A DNA stretch of 64,000 nt from assembly GCA_963749205.1 (NCBI GenBank), contig CAVVLW010000007.1, forward strand, positions 390,794 through 454,793. Direction: 5' to 3'. The notes beneath the pieces are model-generated. The model saw only the letters and a program-made list of their open reading frames with translations. It was not told the origin of the DNA and did not search any database. Position 1 is the first letter of the stretch. Every line of letters begins with the position of its first letter. The DNA is from an uncultured Thermoplasmata archaeon (GTDB lineage Archaea; Thermoplasmatota; Thermoplasmata; Lutacidiplasmatales; UBA184). Made by a program: the position numbers and the translations under genes. Shown one piece after another: positions 50,201 to 56,766 of the stretch.

Positions 50201-50239
50201 AAGAAAAGGTTGGGGACGGGCCGGGATCGACTCGTCCCC
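50201..50239 (-). terminator. Hairpin (GGGGACG/CGTCCCC, 7 bp) followed by CCUUUUCUU between peptide gene and maturase
   Basis: Read directly from sequence. Stem 50212-50218 / 50233-50239; T-tract at 50201-50209 on the transcribed (minus) strand. Confidence 0.4.
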
Positions 50240-50267
50240 CATAAGCTAGGAGAGAAGCCCGCCTCGC

Positions 50268-50423
50268 CTAGGCACCGGTCGCGCAAATGAAGCACTCTCT
50301 CTGCTCCTTTGCGGACAGTTGCCCCTGCCGGCCCTTCGCGCGTTTCTTCACCCAGGCCCCGAGCTGGGCATCGCTCATCTTGAGCGCCTCGGCGGCGTCG
50401 AGTTTCTCCCTTTTGTTCGCCAT
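50268..50423 (-). CDS. Unannotated 51-aa candidate RiPP precursor: MANKREKLDAAEALKMSDAQLGAWVKKRAKGRQGQLSAKEQRECFICATGA
   Basis: Below the ORF-track size cut-off and found by hand. ATG preceded by GAGGGGAG. G/C-rich third positions. 90 nt upstream of the radical SAM gene on the same strand. Two Cys in the last 8 residues. Confidence 0.5.
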   Translation of the reverse strand: MANKREKLDAAEALKMSDAQLGAWVKKRAKGRQGQLSAKEQRECFICATGA

Positions 50424-50457
50424 TCGTCTCCCCTCGGCGCAGGGACTGGGTCATCCG

Positions 50458-50464
50458 AAATAAA
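50458..50464 (-). promoter_or_regulatory. TATA-like TTTATTT about 38 nt upstream of the peptide ATG
   Basis: The only A/T-rich element in the spacer between the C/D sRNA and the peptide gene. Confidence 0.3.
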
Positions 50465-50536
50465 CCCCGCGTCAACTCGGCTTTACTTGGGGGTCTCGGT
50501 CCCGTCGGGATCCGGCCCCTGGCCCGCGAGCACCCC

Positions 50537-50600
50537 GCGCGCTCAGCTCGCCCATCATTCATCACGTTTCAGCTGGTTCTAGTTTTCATCATCGCGCGTC
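50537..50600 (-). ncRNA. C/D box sRNA (2'-O-methylation guide)
   Basis: The minus strand reads gacgcgcg-AUGAUGA(C)-aaacuagaaccag(13 nt)-CUGA(D')-aac-GUGAUGA(C')-augaugggcgag(12 nt)-CUGA(D)-gcgcgcgg. Box order and 12-13 nt guide spacing are canonical for archaeal sRNAs, and the flanks are GC-rich and self-complementary. Confidence 0.75.
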
Positions 50601-50630
50601 GCGGCATCGGTCCCACGAAGATCCGATGAT

Positions 50631-51191
50631 TCACACACTCGCGTCCATCGAGGCTAGGACGGCATCGAGGTGGAAAATCCCGCCGGCGGCGCCCGCCGCG
50701 GCCAATCGTGAGACGTCGTTGGGCGTGAAGGTCCCGTCGACCCACGTCGGGCCCCCGGCGGCGAGCGTCCTCACCATCGACCAATCCGGGTCGGTTTCCC
50801 GGGGCGAGACAACGATCGACTCGACCCCTACCTCGCGGGCGACCCTCACGATATCGAGGGGGTCCGTCGTGTCCCAGCCCGGGTCCACTCGGCCGAGGCG
50901 ACCCTCGACGACCTCCACTTCGAAGAGGAGCTCGGTCGAGAGCTTCCATGCCCGTCGAAGTTCCTTCGGACCCCGGAGGTACGCACTCGATAGCACCGCC
51001 TTCTGAGCGCCGGCCACGAGCACATCGATCGCCTGGTCCGCCTTCCGTACCCCCGAATCGACCCAGAGCGGCATGTCCCGCGACAGTTCCTGAATGTACT
51101 CGAGCTGCGGATCGTTCTCCTCGAGGCCGTCGAGGTCCCCGAAGTAGAGCAACGGAAACGTGGGGGAGAGGCGGTCAGTGATGTCGAACAC
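50631..51191 (-). CDS. HisA/HisF-family TIM-barrel-like protein (N-terminus probably lost to a frame break near 51195)
   Basis: ..LLYFGDLDGLE..MPLWVDSGVRKADQAIDVLVAGAQKAVLSS..VGVESIVVS.. resembles archaeal HisA/HisF-related proteins. The upstream frame ends ..PIGVKSAFPVPKG.. Confidence 0.55.
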   Translation of the reverse strand: MFDITDRLSPTFPLLYFGDLDGLEENDPQLEYIQELSRDMPLWVDSGVRKADQAIDVLVAGAQKAVLSSAYLRGPKELRRAWKLSTELLFEVEVVEGRLGRVDPGWDTTDPLDIVRVAREVGVESIVVSPRETDPDWSMVRTLAAGGPTWVDGTFTPNDVSRLAAAGAAGGIFHLDAVLASMDASV

Positions 51192-51402
51192 GTCGAAGTC
51201 ACCGCCCGACTGGCGAAAAGCGCCGGACCGGGCCCTTCGGGACCGGGAAGGCAGACTTCACCCCGATCGGAGCAGGAGGCAAGGGACGAGCGTGGGCCCT
51301 TGCGCCGGTCGGCCCGCCGTCCGCCGCTCGGCCCACGGAAGAGGAAGTCATGCGAAGGGGCGACGCGCACGGGAGCTTTTCCGCCTTCCCGCCGGAGGGG
51401 AG

Positions 51403-51410
51403 GCTATTTC
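51403..51410 (+). promoter_or_regulatory. TATA-like GCTATTTC centred about 27 nt upstream of the predicted RNase P RNA 5' end
   Basis: The spacing matches the archaeal TATA-to-TSS distance and the P1 helix boundary. Confidence 0.35.
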
Positions 51411-51433
51411 CCCCGCATCTCCCTCGCCCCGAT

Positions 51434-51746
51434 GCCAGGAGGCAGAGGGCAGCTGACGGTGGTCCGCGCCGGCAACGGCCGGCCGCTGAGGAAAGTCCCC
51501 ACTTCGGGGAACACGGGGTCGGGTGGGAACCCGACGGGCGAGAGTCCGAGCTCCGGAGCAGCAACGACACAGCCCGGTGGTGACGGTGAAGGTGATGCAC
51601 CGGAGGTTCCATCGGGATATGGTGAAACGGCCGCCTCCCCGGAAGCAAGCCCTGACCGGCGGTGTGAGGTGTTCCCCTGACCGTCGAGGAGAGCGCGCAG
51701 TCGAATGCTGCCTGAACCAGAATGGGGCTTACTACTGCGACCTGGC
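51434..51746 (+). ncRNA. rnpB: RNase P RNA (archaeal type-A-like)
   Basis: CR-I GAGGAAAGUCCCC (51488-51500); GGUGAAGGUG and GGUGAAACGG; CGGAAGCAAGCC; GUCGAAUGCUGCC; CR-IV ACCAGAAUGGGGCUUAC, with CCCC/GGGG covariation for P4. Terminal helix 51434-51445 (GCCAGG-AG-GCAG) pairs with 51735-51746 (CUGC-GA-CCUGGC). Confidence 0.85.
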
Positions 51747-51774
51747 CCGGCCGGGTAAAACTCGGCCGGTTATT
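51747..51774 (+). terminator. Hairpin CCGGCCG/CGGCCGG followed by TTATT, directly after RNase P RNA
   Basis: Read from sequence: stems 51747-51753 / 51763-51769, T-rich 51770-51774. Confidence 0.3.
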
Positions 51775-51970
51775 GCCCCTCGAACGATCGTGGGAAGGGA
51801 GGCCCCGGACTGCGAGCGGGACTTCGCAGTTCGCGGGGCCTTCCGGGGTCATCCCCCGAGAAAGCTTCCTCTTGGAGCGCGGAGCGAGATCCGTCCGGTC
51901 GCCTCGCGGCGGCACCACGGCCGCCTCCCGATGATTTCCGCTCGCCCCCCGGCTTGGGGCGCACGGCTCG

Positions 51971-53225
51971 TCAAGCGACCTTCATCTCGATCGTGAAGGT
52001 ACCGCTGTTGCTTACCATGAGGTGGTCGGAGGACGAGATGTGCAAAGCGCCCGTATCCGTCCAGTTCTCAAACGTGTAACCGGTGCACTTCGGGACCGTG
52101 AAGAGGTATGGGGTTGACGAGGGGATGAACGTCCCCGAGGTATCGTTCGCGAAGGATGTTCCGTTGAACGTCATCGGTCCGCAGAACCCAGGCTGGATGT
52201 AGAAGGTGATGGTCGCGGTGGGGGGAAAGACCGCGTTGACCAGTTTGTTGTACAGGATCGCTCCGCACGCGTCGTGGATGTGAACGAGATACAACCCGGG
52301 CGGCAGATAATGGTCGTAGTTGAGCACCGGGATTGTCACGTTCCCGGTCACTGCGTTTGCGGGGATGGTCGTGCCGTGGCTCTGGACAACACTCCCCGCT
52401 CCGTTCTCCATCTCGAGGAAGAAGTACTTGCCCCCGACTGGGCCTCCAAGCAGGGCCGAATAGTTGGTCCCGATGGTAACCGACTGGCCATTGCCCGCCC
52501 CGCTCACGAACTGGATGTCACTGCGCCGGGAAGAAGATCGAGGGTAGGACCGCTCCGCCACCCCATTTGGCCGTCGGAGTTGACCACGGCGACTTGAGGG
52601 CGGACCCGTTCGGCTGGGTGATGTTCCACATCCAACGGAACTCGAGGGTGAGCTGCCCGTACGGGACGTTGGCCTGGATCGCGACCTTTTGGGTCGACAT
52701 CCGCACCTTTCCCCCGGAAAGGAACTGCAGCCCGGCGGCCTCGATCGCACTCCGGTTGGTGTGCGCCCCGGTGGTCCAACCCGAACCGGCGATCGTGAGG
52801 GTCTGAGGCGAGAGGAGGATGGTGAAGTTCCCTGTCGGCGAGAGCGGGAAGGTGAAGTCGACGGTCGGGAAGACCACGGATATGCCGGTGTCGGAAGAGG
52901 TGTAGTTCTGCACCTCGAACTCCATCGTGGCGGTGATACGTCCACCGCTGGCGAGGGGAGCAGTGGGTTCGTACAGGTTAACGTACAGCGCCGACGGAGA
53001 CGGGTTCCCGGCGCCGTTACAGTCGAGCCCCGAAGATGCAGGAGCGAGGCCAGCGGAACCAGAGATCGCAGACCCAGAGACGCTCGACGCAAAGATCCCC
53101 GATCCGACGAGGCCAACAATCACCACTATCGCCGTCACGATGGACACCAGCAGGGCCGAGCGCACTCGAACGCCCGCAACCTGCCGGCCGCGACCGCTCC
53201 CAAACGTGATTTCCGTCCAACCCAT
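51971..53225 (-). CDS. Membrane-anchored/secreted hypothetical surface protein (frame break near 52530)
   Basis: N-terminal anchor ALLVSIVTAIVVIVGLVGSGIF. Ser/Thr/Asn/Gly-rich, beta-rich-looking body with many N-x-S/T sequons. The C-terminal half lies in a second frame, ending ..TFTIEMKVA*. Confidence 0.5.
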
Positions 53226-53703
53226 GGCACTCTCCCCCGGATATACGACAGCCGCAGGCCATTACCGGGGGGTGTTAAAAGCTATGGGTACACGTGCGTG
53301 TCAATACGGACGAGCCTTGCGGTCTCCGAGACCCATCTCACCCCCCGGATGGCGTCCGGCTCCTCTTTCCGTATTTTAAGTTCGAACGGGACGACGGGTC
53401 TCCCAGCACGGTCGGGGTTGGGGGAATCGGTCGACCTCCGAATCTGCCGCCGTTTTCCGCGTGCAGCCTGACGTACCCCTATCGCTCCTGCCGCCCTGGC
53501 TCCACCCCGTCGCCTGTCGCGAGCCCGCCGAACTACCTCGTTGACGCGCTCCGGACCCCCATCCTCCCGGGCGAGGTCGGGGGGTACCCCCTCCGCGAAA
53601 AACTCGCACTCTTCTGGGCGGTCACATTCGTTCTGCCCTGAACGAGGCCCGGCTCTACCTGCGCACGGCCCAGTAGCGCTGGTCCGCTCGCAATCAGAAA
53701 GCG

Positions 53704-54621
53704 TCACCTGATGCCCGGAGGCCCCTCGCTCGTGGTCTCCGACCAACGCGCGCGTCCGATGCCGTAGATGCTCAGGAGAACGAGTCCGACTCCGGCGATC
53801 TGCAGGATCGATAGCCGCTCGCCCAATAGGGCCACAGACGCGACCAGGGCGACCACCGGCACGAGGAAGACGTAGGCACTCAGCGTGGCCGCGCGCGTTC
53901 GCCCCAGCAAGGTGAACCAGATGGCGTAGGCGGCGGCGGTACCGAGGACCCCCATCCAGAGAACGCTCGCGACAAGGTCGGGAGTCACGCGCGGGAGCGG
54001 GATCGGAATGAACAGGAGCGTCGCGAGGAATAGCGTAACCGTACCCCCGATCAGCTGGAACTCGCTCGCTTCCAGCATCTGCTCGGGGGGGAATCGGCGC
54101 TGGATCAGCACCGTGCCGAACGCCCAGGCGACCGCGGCCGCGAGCAGGGCGAGGATCGCCGGCACGAAAACCCCGGCGCTCCCGGCCTCACCAATCTGAG
54201 AGATCAGGGCCACTCCGGTAAAGCCGAGCACGATCGAGCCCCAGTGACGCGGCCCGAGGTGATGGCCGAGGATCGGCCGGGAGAGCAGGGCGACCCAGAG
54301 GGGGAAGGTGTAGATCACGACGGCGGCGATCCCCGGCAGGACATACCGCGCGGCCCAAAACCAGAGGCCGAAGAAGAGCGCGGTGTTCGGTACGCCGAGC
54401 ATCAGCGCGTCGCGCTGGGCACGACGGTCGAGCGTTCCCCACCCTCCGAATGCAGAGACGATTGGGAGGGTCGCCACGGCACCGGTGCCCGCTCGCAGGG
54501 TCGCCAGCCATAGCGGCCCGGCGTAGGCGAGCCCGATGTCCACGAAGAGGTAGTTCAGCCCCCAGAAGAGAGGGAGGAGGAATAGCAACCGGGACTGGGG
54601 CGGCCAGGACGACGTTGCCAC
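53704..54621 (-). CDS. DMT/EamA family transporter
   Basis: About 10 TM segments: LLFLLPLFWGLNYLF.., ..IYTFPLWVALL.., ..GTAAAYAIWFTLL.. GTG 54621 chosen because the longer ORF overlaps pyrB. Confidence 0.8.
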   Translation of the reverse strand: MATSSWPPQSRLLFLLPLFWGLNYLFVDIGLAYAGPLWLATLRAGTGAVATLPIVSAFGGWGTLDRRAQRDALMLGVPNTALFFGLWFWAARYVLPGIAAVVIYTFPLWVALLSRPILGHHLGPRHWGSIVLGFTGVALISQIGEAGSAGVFVPAILALLAAAVAWAFGTVLIQRRFPPEQMLEASEFQLIGGTVTLFLATLLFIPIPLPRVTPDLVASVLWMGVLGTAAAYAIWFTLLGRTRAATLSAYVFLVPVVALVASVALLGERLSILQIAGVGLVLLSIYGIGRARWSETTSEGPPGIR

Positions 54622-54736
54622 GGCCCCGTTCCGAGCGAGAACGGGCCTTAGCGGTTGCGAGAGGGCCCAGAACGGGATCGGGGGTCGTCTTTGCCCTCGA
54701 GAAGGTCTTAAGGCGGCGACTTCTCTCGCGCGCCGG

Positions 54737-55681
54737 ATGTCGCTCCACGGCCGAGACGTGATCTCGATCCGTGACCTCACCCGTCCCGAGATCGAAACCC
54801 TGCTCACGTCATCCCGCCGGATGATCCCTTACGCCGAGGGGAAGAAGGTCATGCATCCGTTGGCTGACAAGATCGTCGCGATGGCGTTCTTCGAGCCCTC
54901 GACCCGGACCCGTCTCTCCTTCGAGTCCGCGGTCCACCGGCTCGGCGGCCAGTGCGTCACTATCGCCGACCCGGCCGTGAGTTCGGTGCGCAAGGGGGAG
55001 AGCCTCTCCGACACGATCCGCATGCTCACGGGATACTCGGACGCGATCGTGCTCCGGCACCCGAACGAGGGGTCGGCCCGGCTCGCGGGCCGGGTCTCGG
55101 ACCGGCCGGTCATCAACGCCGGGGACGGTGCGGGGCAGCACCCGACGCAAACCCTCCTCGACCTCGCGACCATGCAGGAGGCGTTCGGGACGCTCTCGGG
55201 GCTGCGCGTCGTCCTCCTGGGCGACCTGAAGTACGGCCGCACGGTCCACTCCCTCGCCTACGCGCTGGCCCTGTTCGGCGCCCAACTGGTGTTCTCTTCT
55301 CCGCCCTCCCTGCGCCTACCCGAGGAAGTTCGGGACCAACTGGAGCACATGGGCGTCAAGGTCCAGGAGGAGGACCAGCTCCACCGGGCGGTCCGGGACG
55401 CCGACGTCCTCTACGTGACGCGCATCCAGAAAGAGCGGTTCCCTGACGAGGCCGAGTATCTCAAGGTCGCGGGCTCGTATCGGATCGACAATGGGGTGCT
55501 CGCAAGCGCGAAGCCGCGGCTGATCGTGCTCCATCCCCTGCCGCGGGCGGGCGAGATCGCCCCCGAGGTCGATGCGACCCCACACGCCGCCTACTTCCGG
55601 CAAGCGTTCCTCGCGGTCCCCGTGCGCATGGCGCTCCTGGAAGCGTTGCTCGGCAACCCGAAGGCGAAGAAGCGCGGGTGA
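54737..55681 (+). CDS. pyrB: Aspartate carbamoyltransferase catalytic subunit
   Basis: FFEPSTRTRLSFE, HPTQTLLD, GDLKYGRTVHS, HPLPR. Confidence 0.95.
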   Translation: MSLHGRDVISIRDLTRPEIETLLTSSRRMIPYAEGKKVMHPLADKIVAMAFFEPSTRTRLSFESAVHRLGGQCVTIADPAVSSVRKGESLSDTIRMLTGYSDAIVLRHPNEGSARLAGRVSDRPVINAGDGAGQHPTQTLLDLATMQEAFGTLSGLRVVLLGDLKYGRTVHSLAYALALFGAQLVFSSPPSLRLPEEVRDQLEHMGVKVQEEDQLHRAVRDADVLYVTRIQKERFPDEAEYLKVAGSYRIDNGVLASAKPRLIVLHPLPRAGEIAPEVDATPHAAYFRQAFLAVPVRMALLEALLGNPKAKKRG

Positions 55682-55687
55682 GGGTCG

Positions 55688-56147
55688 ATGCGAGAGCTGA
55701 AGATCACCCCGATCAAGAACGGGACCGTCATCGACCACATCGGGAACGGCCTCGCCCTCGAAGTGCTGCGGATCATCGGCGTAGCCTCTCTCGACAAGGA
55801 CTCGACCGTCAGCGTCGCCCTCCATGTCCGTTCGGGGAAGCTCGGATGGAAGGACATCGTCAAGGTCGAGAACATGGAACTCTCGGCGCGCAAGGTGAAC
55901 GCGATCGCCCTGATCGCTCCGACCGCGACGATCTCGATCATCCGGGACTTCAAGGTACAGGAAAAACGGGCGGTCGACCTTCCGGACCGGATCGTGGGGG
56001 TCCTCCGTTGCCCGAACCTGAACTGCATCTCGAACCAGGTCGAGCCGCTCGAGAGCGAGTTCGACGTCGCGGAGCGCCGGCCCGTCGTGCTCGACTTGCG
56101 CCTTCTGCGAGCGGCGGGTCGACGACTTCCTCCACCATCTCGCCTAG
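55688..56147 (+). CDS. pyrI: Aspartate carbamoyltransferase regulatory subunit (frame break near 56093)
   Basis: LKITPIKNGTVIDHI.., CPNLNCISN.. The second zinc pair, CAFCERRV, appears only after a 1-nt shift. TAG at 56145. Confidence 0.9.
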
Positions 56148-56163
56148 CCCCTCGGAGGACACG

Positions 56164-56766
56164 TTGGACCTCGGTGACGTGGGCGGCTTCCTGATCGTGT
56201 TCGCCGTGGTCGGAGGATTCGAACTGTTCGACCGGACGAGCTTCGCGACGATGGCTCTCGCGTCGCGCCACCATGCGCTCGGAACCTGGGCCGGGGCCGC
56301 CCTCGCCTTCGTCGGGTCGACCGCGATCGCGGTGACCGTGGGAGCCGGCCTCGTCGCCGTGCTGGGTCCCGAGCGGATCGGTCTCGTCCGGGCCGCGGCC
56401 GGGGCGTGCCTGATCGCCTACGCGCTCTGGCTCGCGTACCGGGGCCCCGAGGCCATTACGGAAAGGTCGACCTCCGCACGCACGGCGATCGCCGCCGCGT
56501 TCGCGACGGTCTTCCTGCTCGAGCTCGGCGACACCACGATGATCGTCGAGATCCTGTTCGTCACGGACTGGGGGTGGCTCATCGTGTTCGTGGCGGGCGC
56601 CCTCGCGCTCATCTCGGTCGCGGCGTGGGCCGCCTGGCTGGGAAACCGACTCGGGACCCGCGTCGAGCCCGCGCTGATGCACCGGATCGTCGTGGGGATA
56701 CTACTGGTCGTCGGAGCGGTGACGATCGCCTACGGGCTCGCGCCGGGCGCGTTCTCGTTTCTGTGA
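56164..56766 (+). CDS. UPF0016/GDT1 (TMEM165) family cation transporter
   Basis: Two E-x-G-D-(K/R/T)-(T/S)-type motifs (ELFDRTS, ELGDTT) in a 6-TM body. TTG 56164 or GTG 56179 start. Confidence 0.8.
   Translation: MDLGDVGGFLIVFAVVGGFELFDRTSFATMALASRHHALGTWAGAALAFVGSTAIAVTVGAGLVAVLGPERIGLVRAAAGACLIAYALWLAYRGPEAITERSTSARTAIAAAFATVFLLELGDTTMIVEILFVTDWGWLIVFVAGALALISVAAWAAWLGNRLGTRVEPALMHRIVVGILLVVGAVTIAYGLAPGAFSFL

Noticed and set aside
50056-50565. 169-aa minus-strand ORF spanning the peptide/sRNA spacer
   Set aside because: The translation is Arg/Gly-rich. It is out of frame with the well-supported 51-aa ORF and overlaps the C/D sRNA, the hairpin and the start of the radical SAM gene.
51199-51996. 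Four overlapping ORFs (51199-51918 minus; 51300-51680, 51350-51583 and 51523-51996 plus)
   Set aside because: No protein-like motifs. The region is explained by the RNase P RNA on the plus strand.
53282-53746. 154-aa minus-strand ORF, plus 53294-53641 on the plus strand, in the spacer between the surface-protein and DMT genes
   Set aside because: The C-terminal part (RPVVPFELKIRKEEPDAIRGVRWVSETARLVRIDTHVYP) looks vaguely protein-like. However, there is no recognisable family, the frames conflict, and the 5' part overlaps the DMT gene end. The evidence is insufficient to call it.
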